A program made the translations under genes and the position numbers. From contig JADMJJ010000040.1 in NCBI GenBank assembly GCA_018780645.1, positions 28,346 to 92,345 on the forward strand: a DNA stretch of 64,000 nucleotides, read 5' to 3'. This document shows, piece by piece, positions 28,401 through 35,608 of this stretch. Within the stretch, counting starts at the first letter, position 1. Each line of letters begins with the position of its first letter. The DNA is from Burkholderiaceae bacterium. GTDB lineage: Bacteria > Pseudomonadota > Gammaproteobacteria > Burkholderiales > Burkholderiaceae_C. Below the pieces are notes generated by a model, which saw nothing but the letters and a program-made list of their open reading frames with translations, had not been told where the DNA came from and did no database searches.

Positions 28401-28499
28401 GGCACGGTGCTGACGCTGTTCGTCGTGCCGACGATGTACAGCCTGCTGGCGCGCAAGCGCGTGCCGGGCGAGATCACCACGGCGGCGGCGCACGCCTGA
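25440..28499 (+). CDS. RND family efflux permease (AcrB/MdtB-like)
   Basis: The ATG at 25440 gives MRISEISIRRPVFATVMSLLLVL. About 1019 aa with typical 12-TM RND organisation and the conserved block LAIGLVVDDAIVVLENI. Confidence 0.95.
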   Translation: MRISEISIRRPVFATVMSLLLVLVGIVSFDRLTLREYPRIDEPVVTVSTRLIGASSEVIESQVSKPLEDSIAGIDGVDILTSISRSEQSQITVRFKLEKNPDDAAADVRDRVARVRGRLPDAVDEPVVAKVEADATPTIWIAFTSESLSPLEVTDLVNRVVKPRLQTVPGVADVQIGGDRKYAMRIWLDADRLAAYRLTVQDVEDALRKQNLEVPAGRIESQQREFNVTARTDLNTVAQFNEVALRQVNGITVRLKDVARVEEAAASERSRVRLNGVPSVSLGVIRQATANPLEVSAGVRAILPRIQQDLPDTVTVRPANDNSIFIDRSIKSVYTTIAESVALVALVVFVFLRTLRASIIPLVTIPISLIGSFALMAAAGFTVNTLTLLALVLAIGLVVDDAIVVLENIFRHIEEGLNPFQAALKGAKEIGFAVMAMTLTLAAVFAPLAFTPGRTGRLFVEFALTLAGAVIVSGFVALTLTPMMCSKLLRHNAKPGRFDRGMERVLVWITERYTGALRFALRQRWMVVVVMLASGAGSWWLFSSAKSELAPMEDRGVIIMPISAPDGATLDFTARYLDAIDRIASGYPEFDRVFLFAGGGIVSQGTAILRAVDWTERSRSTQELARALQPQVSLLPGVSAFPITPPSLGQGFRERPINFVIVTSDSYANLANVTQQMMAEMGKNPGFVQPDNDLRLNKPEVFLEVDRERAADLGVSVDQIARTVESMLGGRAVTRYKRDADQYDVLVQTEGSGRTTPEHIEKLFVRGRGDTMLPLSSLVKVREAVSPRELNHFNQRRSVSITSSLAPGYSLGEALQFMDEASRRVLPVGYATELNGVSREFKSSSGALGLVFVLAGLFIFLVLAAQFESFVDPLIIMTAVPLSMVGALGAMQLTGGTLNVYSQIGLITLVGLITKHGILIVEFSNQLRQAGKDTLDAVIEASALRLRPILMTTGAMVLGALPLALASGAGAESRQQIGWVIVGGMSLGTVLTLFVVPTMYSLLARKRVPGEITTAAAHA

Positions 28500-28510
28500 G
28501 GGTAGGCAGG

Positions 28511-28600
28511 CCCCGGATTGCATCCGGGCTACGGGACTGTGTGCTGTCCCGGATTGCATCCGGGCTACGGAACCCTATGTAGCCCGGATGCAATCCGGGG
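28511..28600. repeat. REP-like cluster: three copies of a 22-nt palindromic unit (two forward, one inverted)
   Basis: CCCCGGATTGCATCCGGGCTAC at 28511-28532, TCCCGGATTGCATCCGGGCTAC at 28547-28568, and the inverted GTAGCCCGGATGCAATCCGGGG at 28579-28600. Each unit carries an internal CCGGAT/ATCCGG stem. Confidence 0.85.
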
Positions 28601-29590
28601 CTAAGTTCGAGCAGGGCGCAGGTAGTAGTTATCAAACTCCGCCCGCTCGACCAACTCGAAGCCGTGGCGGACATAGAAGCGGTTTGACGCGCTGTCGCGC
28701 AGCGCACCTACGCGCACCGGCAAAGCAGCGGCATCGGCTTGGGCGAACACCTCGAGCAACACTGCAGCGCCAATGCCCTGGCCTTGCGCACCTGGTGCGA
28801 TGTAGAGATGGTCAATCAACAACGCATCCTGCTGCGGCTTGACCACCACGAACCCGACACGTTCGCCATTCACAAGAATATGCCGTGTGTGCTCCGGAGC
28901 AAAGCCGCCAGCGAAGCGATCGCGAGCCCGCACCGGGTCGAAACGGCCGATGCGCTCCAGGCTCTCGCGCATGGCGGCGATGCGCAGGGCCAGCAGGGCT
29001 TCGAAGTCGGTGGCGTGCGCTGATGCAAAACTCAGGTCGATTGCCGTAGCCGTCGCAGGCACTTGTAGCGGGTACGAGGCGATATGCTTCAAAGCACTGC
29101 CCTCTCGCGCGACGACCGAAAGCACGTTCACCATGCCTTCGATGCATATGCCAGTTGCATTCAGCTCGTCGCACAGCTGTTTGGCGGCCACGCGGTCTTT
29201 CAGCGAACCGATGGTGATATGCGGAACAAAGGGCAGATCCAGCCGCAGCCTGGGAGCCATCGCGTCGGCGTACAGACGATCGTGCAGCAGCGACAGGCCA
29301 CTCCATCCTTCGTCCGGTACCAGAAAGACATAGGCGGTGTCGTCCTCATCGTCGGCGCCGAGCATGGCGTAGCGGCAGCAAAAGCGCAGCGCGGTGCTGG
29401 CCCTGGCGGCCGTCTGCACATGCTGCAGATAGTCGGGTTCGGTCAATGCGTTGCAGCCGAACAGCAAGGTGAAATGCGGTGCAACCCGCCTGGCCCGGTC
29501 TTGATCATGGGTGCTGCGAAAAACATCCAGAAACTGCCGGTCCGCGACCGTGATGACGGGATAGGCGAGGGTGTAGAACGTACGCATCAA
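28601..29590 (-). CDS. Fusion protein: N-terminal 2H phosphoesterase (LigT-like) domain plus C-terminal GNAT acetyltransferase domain
   Basis: Two HxT motifs about 85 residues apart (PHFTLLFG and PHITIGS). The C-terminal half has the GNAT acetyl-CoA loop QGQGIGAAVL and ends NRFYVRHGFELV. Confidence 0.75.
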   Translation of the reverse strand: MMRTFYTLAYPVITVADRQFLDVFRSTHDQDRARRVAPHFTLLFGCNALTEPDYLQHVQTAARASTALRFCCRYAMLGADDEDDTAYVFLVPDEGWSGLSLLHDRLYADAMAPRLRLDLPFVPHITIGSLKDRVAAKQLCDELNATGICIEGMVNVLSVVAREGSALKHIASYPLQVPATATAIDLSFASAHATDFEALLALRIAAMRESLERIGRFDPVRARDRFAGGFAPEHTRHILVNGERVGFVVVKPQQDALLIDHLYIAPGAQGQGIGAAVLLEVFAQADAAALPVRVGALRDSASNRFYVRHGFELVERAEFDNYYLRPART

Positions 29591-29599
29591 GAGTTCCAG

Positions 29600-29806
29600 C
29601 TAGGCCGACGCGGGAGCTTGCCACGCCACGCTCGCGAGGCCGGCGGTCAGACCCCTGGCCAGCTGGGCGGGTGCCTCGGCCAGCAAGGCGAACGAACGGC
29701 CTCTTGGTGCATAGCTCAAGAGGATGTCGGCAAGCAGTGCCGTTGCAGTGATCGCGACCAGGATCCGGCTCTTTTGGGGTGCCACCGCTGGCTTTTCGAG
29801 CGGCAT
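29600..29806 (-). CDS. Possible small membrane protein (68 aa)
   Basis: ATG lies 4 nt after the upstream stop. There is one hydrophobic stretch, ILVAITATALLADILL. GC3 looks lower than in its neighbours, and I recognise no homology. Confidence 0.3.
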   Translation of the reverse strand: MPLEKPAVAPQKSRILVAITATALLADILLSYAPRGRSFALLAEAPAQLARGLTAGLASVAWQAPASA

Positions 29807-29809
29807 GCC

Positions 29810-30076
29810 TCAGCCCTGCCCGCGCATCAGATAGAAGGCGATCAGCGCTGCGACGACGAGTGCTAGCAACACCCAGCCTATGCTGCCGCTGCGCCCCACC
29901 TCGCCGGGCGAGCCCTGACCCAGCTGGGCATGTTCCGGTGAAGCTTCAACCGCATCCTTCGCCTCCTTCAACCCCAGGCCGGTGAGTTGGCGCATCAGCT
30001 TGATGGCCTCGATCTTGTTGCCCCGCTGAAGGGCCGCGAGCACCTCGGGCGGCAATGGATCGGTGGGTATCGGCAT
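29810..30076 (-). CDS. Small membrane-anchored protein with a ribosomal L7/L12 C-terminal-domain-like motif
   Basis: [27 protein letters not shown] closely mirrors the L7/L12 block [27 protein letters not shown]. The C-terminal transmembrane helix is [18 protein letters not shown]. Confidence 0.6.
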   Translation of the reverse strand: [88 protein letters not shown]

Positions 30077-30096
30077 GGTGTCGCTCCAATGGGTTG

Positions 30097-30651
30097 CTAG
30101 CTGACCGGAAAGGCGGGCGCCGGAGCTGCCCGGAGCACAACGGCGCCATGCAGGGCAGCCAGCGCGCTCTTCAGTGCGCCACCGACCGCTGGCGACACGA
30201 TCATCTCCGATTCGCTCACCTTCGAGCCCAGCAGCGCGATGGAGATCGAGGCGTCCTCGACGATCAGGGCCGACATCGTCTTCAAGGTCTCGCGCAGCGC
30301 CGCATCGGCATGGTGGGCCCGCGGCGAGGCATTCAGCACAGCCACCGGTTTGTTGACGAAAGCCTCCTGACTGACCAGCCAGTCCAGCGCGTTCTTGATC
30401 ACGCCGGTCACGCCATGGGCGTACTCGGGGCTGGCGATCAGCAGCGCGTCGGCTGCAGCCAGCGCATCTCGCAACCGCTGTACGGCGGGCGGTGCCTGTG
30501 CATCCAGATCCGGATTGAACAGCGGTAGCTCAGCCATGCCGTCGAACACGCTGACCCGTGTCCCGGCAGGCGCCAGGCGAACGGCTGTACGCAGCAGCGT
30601 GGCGTTGAGGGAGGCGGCGCGCAGGCTGCCGCAGAGGGCGAGGATGTTCAT
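30097..30651 (-). CDS. NADPH-dependent FMN reductase family protein
   Basis: MNILALCGSLRAASLN ... LLIASPEYAHGVTGVIKNALDW, which is a flavodoxin-like fold signature. Confidence 0.85.
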   Translation of the reverse strand: MNILALCGSLRAASLNATLLRTAVRLAPAGTRVSVFDGMAELPLFNPDLDAQAPPAVQRLRDALAAADALLIASPEYAHGVTGVIKNALDWLVSQEAFVNKPVAVLNASPRAHHADAALRETLKTMSALIVEDASISIALLGSKVSESEMIVSPAVGGALKSALAALHGAVVLRAAPAPAFPVS

Positions 30652-30675
30652 GCGCGGCTACGGATGGGCTCGCGC

Positions 30676-31164
30676 CTACTGCACCTTGTCCGAGACGCAT
30701 TGCTCGGTCGATGCGTCAGCGATGCAGGCGAACGAACCCGTCTTCTGCAACTGGCCCTTGACGAAATAGCTGCGGCCTTGGACCGGTATGAATGTCAGCT
30801 CGCCCTCGACCGAGTAGAACGTTCCCGCCGCCCGACTGGCCAGTTCGTGAATAGGGGCACCGATGAAGTGCGTGCCGACCAGCTTGAGTCGCAGCGGCCG
30901 CGCGGGCACCTGACGTGTCACGGCCACCATCGACACCGAAAAACCCTGCCCTGAGGTCGCACGACGCGAAGCCACGAGGCTGGACTCGATCTCATGGCCA
31001 TCGACCGCATCGACATAGAACAGCTGGGCCTTGGACCGCTCCTCCGGTATGTAGTAGTCGGTCAGGGCCACGGTGGGGCCTTTGTAGTCTGTGGGCACCG
31101 ACGGCGCATAGCTTGCGCAAGCCGACAGGCCGGCAACGCAGAGGAGGCTCAAGAGAGTTTTCAT
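30676..31164 (-). CDS. Lipoprotein of unknown function
   Basis: The ATG at 31164 gives MKTLLSLLCVAGLSACAS, a signal peptide plus the lipobox LSAC. The longer ORF-track start at 31293 adds non-protein-like sequence. Confidence 0.65.
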   Translation of the reverse strand: MKTLLSLLCVAGLSACASYAPSVPTDYKGPTVALTDYYIPEERSKAQLFYVDAVDGHEIESSLVASRRATSGQGFSVSMVAVTRQVPARPLRLKLVGTHFIGAPIHELASRAAGTFYSVEGELTFIPVQGRSYFVKGQLQKTGSFACIADASTEQCVSDKVQ

Positions 31165-31302
31165 TTGGGCGGGAACAGTGCGAAGTGAGTAACAGGCTGG
31201 CAGCGCGGCGTGCCGGGGGCGCGATTCTAGCGGGTGTCGTGGACCTTTGCGCGATTCACAGCGGCCGTCTTGGCGTATGGATTCAATCCGCAAGCATTGA
31301 AC

Positions 31303-31343
31303 AAAAGTCGCGACTTTTTGATACTGTCATTTAAAAAAGTCGC
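31303..31343. promoter_or_regulatory. AT-rich island with a perfect 16-bp palindrome and a repeated AAAAGTCGC half-site
   Basis: AAAAGTCGCGACTTTT at 31303-31318. AAAAGTCGC recurs at 31335-31343, 32 nt away. The island lies between the SnoaL-like gene stop and the lipoprotein gene start, in otherwise GC-rich DNA. Confidence 0.35.
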
Positions 31344-31351
31344 AAATTTAC

Positions 31352-31726
31352 CTATGCCGGCTTGGCCGCCAACTGCGCCGGATCATAGAAAAACTGCTCC
31401 TCGGCGATGCGCTCACCGTCCCAGCGCTGGTAGGCCAGTTCCTCCATCTGCATGACCGTGCCGTCAAGACGCTCGAAGCGGAAGATCCAGCGTATGACGA
31501 CCTTGTCGCCGTGCTGGAAGACAGGCCGCACGCATTGCGAGTGCACCGCCTTCGTCTTGGCCAGCACCTTGCGCTCGCCCTCGGCCAGCAGCTCCCGGCC
31601 CACCCTGGGTGCGCCCATGTTCTCCTGCATCGAGGCCTGTTCGGTATAGAACTCCAGAATCGCCTCGACATGCGCGCCTTCCTCGACACGGGAGATGAAG
31701 CGCTCAAGGGTTTGCGGTGTGGGCAT
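31352..31726 (-). CDS. SnoaL-like / NTF2-fold protein
   Basis: 124 aa. LERFISRVEEGAHVEAILEFYTEQASMQEN... fits the ketosteroid-isomerase-like pattern. Confidence 0.7.
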   Translation of the reverse strand: MPTPQTLERFISRVEEGAHVEAILEFYTEQASMQENMGAPRVGRELLAEGERKVLAKTKAVHSQCVRPVFQHGDKVVIRWIFRFERLDGTVMQMEELAYQRWDGERIAEEQFFYDPAQLAAKPA

Positions 31727-31742
31727 TGGGGCTCCGTGAGAG

Positions 31743-32135
31743 TCAGTCCGGATCGAGCTTGGCGCCTTTGTCGGCCAACAACTGGCGCAGCACCGAGCGG
31801 TGGCAATGGGCCTCGTCGGCGCAGTAGCAGCCGACCGAGAAATTCGTGCCCTGCGACAGCGTGGCCAGCAGGGCCAGCGAGTGGCCGGCCTCGGGCGTGG
31901 CCATTTCGGCGCGGTACTTCTTGACGAACTGGGCCCATTGGGCCGGCGTCTGGGCCTCCTGGCCCAGCTTCATTGTCTCGGCGCTGGGGGCGAGGTTCGG
32001 GTACCAGACGTCGTACCAGTTCTGCGCGGCGAATTCCGCCTTGGGCACGCCGCGCGGCGGGCGGCGCACGGTGCCGATGCGCGGGCCCTCTTCGGCCCTG
32101 CGTGGGCTGCCGAGCCTGACGATGCGTATGGTCAT
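31743..32135 (-). CDS. DUF488 family protein
   Basis: The ATG at 32135 gives MTIRIVRLGSP...GTVRRPPRGV...WYPNLAPS...CYCADEAHCHRSVL, a characteristic DUF488 pattern. Confidence 0.8.
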   Translation of the reverse strand: MTIRIVRLGSPRRAEEGPRIGTVRRPPRGVPKAEFAAQNWYDVWYPNLAPSAETMKLGQEAQTPAQWAQFVKKYRAEMATPEAGHSLALLATLSQGTNFSVGCYCADEAHCHRSVLRQLLADKGAKLDPD

Positions 32136-32137
32136 GG

Positions 32138-32530
32138 TCAGGCGGCGATCGGTGTGCACAGCTCCACCAGCGTGCCATCCGGAGACCGTACATAGGACAC
32201 GACCTGGCCCCATGGCTTGGCGCTGGGTGCGGCCAGCTCGGTGGCACCTTGTTCGATGGCTCGCGCGTGTGCGGCGGGCACATCGTTGGTCACCAGCGCG
32301 ATCTCCATGCCCAGGGGCTGGGCCGAGTCGCTGGCGCGCACATGGCCGCCGGGGAAGTTCATGTCGCCCAACTCATGGGCGGCGAACGACAGCGTGGTCT
32401 CGCCGGTATTCAGCTCGCCGTAGGTGCCCGACTCATGCAGAAACCGTTGTTCCAGATCGAAGGCCCGGGTGAAGAAGGCCAGCGAGTCGGCGACCGACGG
32501 CACGTAGATGATGGTGTAGCCCAGTTTCAT
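32138..32530 (-). CDS. VOC (glyoxalase/bleomycin-resistance/dioxygenase) family protein
   Basis: MKLGYTIIYVPSVADSLAFFTRAFD...YGELNTG...PWGQVVSYVRSPDGTLVEL. The start overlaps the upstream GNAT stop as ATGA. Confidence 0.85.
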   Translation of the reverse strand: MKLGYTIIYVPSVADSLAFFTRAFDLEQRFLHESGTYGELNTGETTLSFAAHELGDMNFPGGHVRASDSAQPLGMEIALVTNDVPAAHARAIEQGATELAAPSAKPWGQVVSYVRSPDGTLVELCTPIAA

Positions 32531-33006
32531 AGTCGTGCTCCCTGTGGGTTTGAGTCGTCGGTTGACAGCCGCGCCGCGGTGTCGCGACACATCTCATAGA
32601 AACGCTCGCCATCGTCAAGTTGACGATTGAAGTTCCAGCCGGCGGCCTCGTAGAACCCCTGCGCTCGGGTGCCTGCGCCGGTGCTCAGCCACAGACTGTC
32701 CAGGCCCTGGTCGAACAGCCACTGCACCATCACATCGTGCAGCCTGCGCCCATAGCCCTTGCGATCATGGCCGGGCGCGACGAACAGCGCCCAGATATTG
32801 CGCTTGTGCAGATTGCCGACCGCGAAGGCGACGATCTCGCCGGCCTCCTCGATCACCCAGCCGCGGCCGCTGAGCTCGATCTCGGGCACGTAGTGCTCTT
32901 CGCGGATGACGTTGGAGGTGAGCGGGTTCTCACGCACAGCCAGGCGCACGCGGTGCATGCCGGGGATGTCGCTGCGCAGCGCTTGTCGGGGTTCGGTCTT
33001 CATCAT
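32527..33006 (-). CDS. GNAT family N-acetyltransferase
   Basis: ALFVAPGHDRKGYGRRLHDVMVQWLF ... AQGFYEAAGW, which are GNAT motifs A and B. Confidence 0.8.
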   Translation of the reverse strand: MMKTEPRQALRSDIPGMHRVRLAVRENPLTSNVIREEHYVPEIELSGRGWVIEEAGEIVAFAVGNLHKRNIWALFVAPGHDRKGYGRRLHDVMVQWLFDQGLDSLWLSTGAGTRAQGFYEAAGWNFNRQLDDGERFYEMCRDTAARLSTDDSNPQGARL

Positions 33007-33016
33007 TCCCGTCGCC

Positions 33017-33433
33017 TTACGGGCTGCGGCGCTTCGCCTGCACGGCGCCGCCATAAAAAACATTGAAGTCATGCAATGCGTAGGTGAAGACCTGGCCCTG
33101 GATGGCCGGGTCCTGCTGCATCATGGCGTGGGCCTCCTCTGCGCTGACGGCCTGCAGCACGACCAGACCCTTATCAGCGTATCGGGCGCCCAGCACTAAC
33201 TGGCCAGCATCTCTCAGCCGCTTCAGATGGGCCGAATGCTCGCGAAAATGGAGCTGCTCCTGCGGGGGCTTGGCGGCGTCCCAACCAGGTCCGGTCTTGA
33301 TCTCCACCGCGTAGAGATTCAAGGCCGGCGCGGCAGCTGCTGAGGATGCTGCGGTCTGCGCCCAGGCCGAGCCGCTGCAGACCAGGCTCAGCGCAGCCAG
33401 CAGCAGCGCTGCAAGGGCGGCTTGGCGCCTCAT
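33017..33433 (-). CDS. Secreted YciI-like domain protein
   Basis: The ATG at 33433 gives the signal peptide MRRQAALAALLLAALSLVCSGSAWA. The YciI-like pattern is HFREHSAHLKRLRDAGQLVLGARY...QQDPAIQ. Confidence 0.6.
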   Translation of the reverse strand: MRRQAALAALLLAALSLVCSGSAWAQTAASSAAAAPALNLYAVEIKTGPGWDAAKPPQEQLHFREHSAHLKRLRDAGQLVLGARYADKGLVVLQAVSAEEAHAMMQQDPAIQGQVFTYALHDFNVFYGGAVQAKRRSP

Positions 33434-33441
33434 TGCGGGCC

Positions 33442-33951
33442 TCACGGCCTATCTTCCTTGCCAGCGATAGGCGTATTCGAGTCAAGCGGGATCTCAAGCA
33501 CCACCTCGTTCCCGTCCATGCGCCCGGTGTGCCGGAAGCCGAGGTCCAGATAGAAGGGCTCGGGGCAACCTGGGCCGGGTACGTAGGACAGGGCCAGCGT
33601 CTTGAACAGGCCCTTGGCCTGTGCGTGCGCGATGACCAGTTGCAGGGCTTTGCGGCCTATGCCCCGGCCCTGGAAACGGGCATCTATCATCAGGCGCCAG
33701 ACGCCGATCTCGGGCTGCAGCGGCGGCTCCGGGCGAAGCGACTGGTCTTCCAGCATCACGAAGCCCACCGGCTCCTCGCCGAGATAGATCGCCCGGTACC
33801 AGGCCTCGGGTGCAAACAGTGCCTGGGCCAAGGACGTGGCATTGGGAGCGACAAAGCCCTTCTGGCTGTCGGCCACCGACAGGGCGATGATGGCCCTCAC
33901 CGTGTCGGCGGAAATTTCACGCAGGCTGACGGATCCGCTGGAGGCAGTCAT
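33442..33951 (-). CDS. GNAT family N-acetyltransferase
   Basis: WRLMIDARFQGRGIGRKALQLVIAHA ... FYLDLGFRHTG. The start overlaps the DoxX stop as ATGA. Confidence 0.8.
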   Translation of the reverse strand: MTASSGSVSLREISADTVRAIIALSVADSQKGFVAPNATSLAQALFAPEAWYRAIYLGEEPVGFVMLEDQSLRPEPPLQPEIGVWRLMIDARFQGRGIGRKALQLVIAHAQAKGLFKTLALSYVPGPGCPEPFYLDLGFRHTGRMDGNEVVLEIPLDSNTPIAGKEDRP

Positions 33952-34397
33952 GGGTGACCCCCGGATGATGATTGCGCAACGCTACGCTTGCCTGCGTGCT
34001 GCAATCCCACGCACAGCAGGCAGATGATCAGCAGCACGCTGTACTCGGCCCCGTTGCGGCCCTTGCCGACGACGAACCAGCCCGCCTTGGCATGGACCAT
34101 GGCGATGCCCACCAGATAGATCAGCGAATAGAGCAGCGTCAGCGGGGTGACCAGCCGGCCCAGGGCCAGCAAGGGCGTGCCCAGTATCTCGACCGCCGTC
34201 ACCGCCATGGCAATCGCCAGGCCCATGGGCAGGCCCTGGCTGAGCAGCCAGGCGCCAAAGGGCTCCACGCCACCATCGAGAAAGCGCACCCAGCCATGGG
34301 CGGCGATCAGGCCGGCCAGGGTCAGGCGCATCACGGTCCAGCCCAGCTCGCTTCTGGCGACGGGCGAGCCGAGATGGCGCAAAAGGGCAGTCTTCAC
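33948..34397 (-). CDS. DoxX family membrane protein
   Basis: Four hydrophobic helices. LTLAGLIAAHGWVRF is a DoxX-like N-terminal block. GTG start. Confidence 0.75.
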   Translation of the reverse strand: MKTALLRHLGSPVARSELGWTVMRLTLAGLIAAHGWVRFLDGGVEPFGAWLLSQGLPMGLAIAMAVTAVEILGTPLLALGRLVTPLTLLYSLIYLVGIAMVHAKAGWFVVGKGRNGAEYSVLLIICLLCVGLQHAGKRSVAQSSSGGHP

Positions 34398-34412
34398 GGG
34401 GACTCCTCCAGT

Positions 34413-34937
34413 TCATTGGGCGCTGGGTGGCCAGCCTATGCGCGCGGCCCGCCTCAGGCTGCTGCGCACGATCAGCCGATGAAAAGGCGCGATCAGCAGA
34501 ATATAGCTGCGGCCCAATAGGTTGTGGCAGTGCACGACCGTGGAGAGCACCAGTCGCTGCTCGCCACCTGCGCCCTCAGGGGCGCACAGCAGCGAGAGGC
34601 GGAAGTCCAGATGACTGTCGTCCTCGCCCAGCACCACCTCCTGCGCCAGGCTGCTGTAGACCTTGAAGATGCCCACCCGCTGGCCGTCCGCCTTTGTCAA
34701 TTGATTTGCGGTTTTCAAGCCGAATAGGCCGACCACCGCATCGCGGATCGCCATCAGGCCGTCCACCCAGCGAGGTTGTTGCGAGAAGATGAAACGCGCG
34801 AGCTGCTCAGGATGGGTCGAGGCCCCGGCGGGCAGGGTGACCGCATAGGCGTCGGCGAGGTGCGTCACCGGGTACAGACCGATGATGCTGGCCCGGGGCG
34901 GGATCTCGACGGCGGTGACGGAGCAGGTGACGGGCAT
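34413..34937 (-). CDS. DUF2867-like protein
   Basis: 174 aa. The pattern ...FKVYSSLAQEVVLGEDDSHLDFRLSLL...IAPFHRLIV resembles DUF2867. This assignment is from memory and was not searched. Confidence 0.6.
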   Translation of the reverse strand: MPVTCSVTAVEIPPRASIIGLYPVTHLADAYAVTLPAGASTHPEQLARFIFSQQPRWVDGLMAIRDAVVGLFGLKTANQLTKADGQRVGIFKVYSSLAQEVVLGEDDSHLDFRLSLLCAPEGAGGEQRLVLSTVVHCHNLLGRSYILLIAPFHRLIVRSSLRRAARIGWPPSAQ

Positions 34938-35034
34938 AACGATCTCAGGGAGTTGACGCTTCTTGGCAGGCCATTGTCGCGCAGGCGTGGGATGCGGGCA
35001 CAGCCAGCGGCTGACGGGTCGAGGCCCGCCCCGA

Positions 35035-35562
35035 CTACAGGGTGCGCGTCATGAAGCGCCAGCGCGCCTGGAACGCCTGCGGTACCTCCGTGCCCTCATA
35101 GGCCGGGCAATCCACGAAGCCATGGTTTTCGTAGAGACGATGCGCTGACCGCATGAAGGGGGCCGTGTCGAGGCAGGCGCGCTCGTAGCCGAAAGCCTTG
35201 GCGTCCCCCAGCACGCGCCGAAGCAGCAGCTCCCCCAGCTTGTGTCCACGGAACTGTGGACGGATGTAGAGCCGCTTGACCTCGGCCACGCCGGGCCGAA
35301 GCCGGCGCAGCCCGCCCATGCCGGCGAGCTGCCTGCCCAGCATGACGAGGTAGAAGGCCCCGCTGGGCGGGACATCGCCACAGACCTTGTCTATGACCGC
35401 CGGTACGTAGTCGCTGGCCGGCATGCCGTCGAGCTGATTCCTGGCCAGGTCGAACAGGGCCTCGACCTCGCCAAAGACCCAGTCCACATACTCGACATTG
35501 AGCGCGATCAGCGCCTCGCGATGCGTGTGCACGCTGGCGGCGATGAACTCCGGTTCGACCAT
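35035..35562 (-). CDS. GNAT family N-acetyltransferase
   Basis: The ATG at 35562 gives MVEPEFIAASV.... The core is VKRLYIRPQFRGHKLGELLLRRVL ... AHRLYENHGF. Confidence 0.8.
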   Translation of the reverse strand: MVEPEFIAASVHTHREALIALNVEYVDWVFGEVEALFDLARNQLDGMPASDYVPAVIDKVCGDVPPSGAFYLVMLGRQLAGMGGLRRLRPGVAEVKRLYIRPQFRGHKLGELLLRRVLGDAKAFGYERACLDTAPFMRSAHRLYENHGFVDCPAYEGTEVPQAFQARWRFMTRTL

Positions 35563-35608
35563 TGTGTTGTCCTTGGCCTGTGTCGCAGCTTGCGGCGGAT
35601 CCGGCGCC

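Noticed and set aside
25884-28559. 891-aa minus-strand ORF antisense to the RND permease
   Set aside because: It is antisense to a canonical RND pump. Its start lies inside the REP cluster, and its composition is His/Arg/Gln/Gly-rich.
28511-28600. Clustered short repeats considered as a possible CRISPR array
   Set aside because: Each site has only 2-3 copies, in mixed orientation, with spacers of irregular length (13-17 nt). The same unit is dispersed at five loci and there are no cas genes. This fits REP elements rather than CRISPR.
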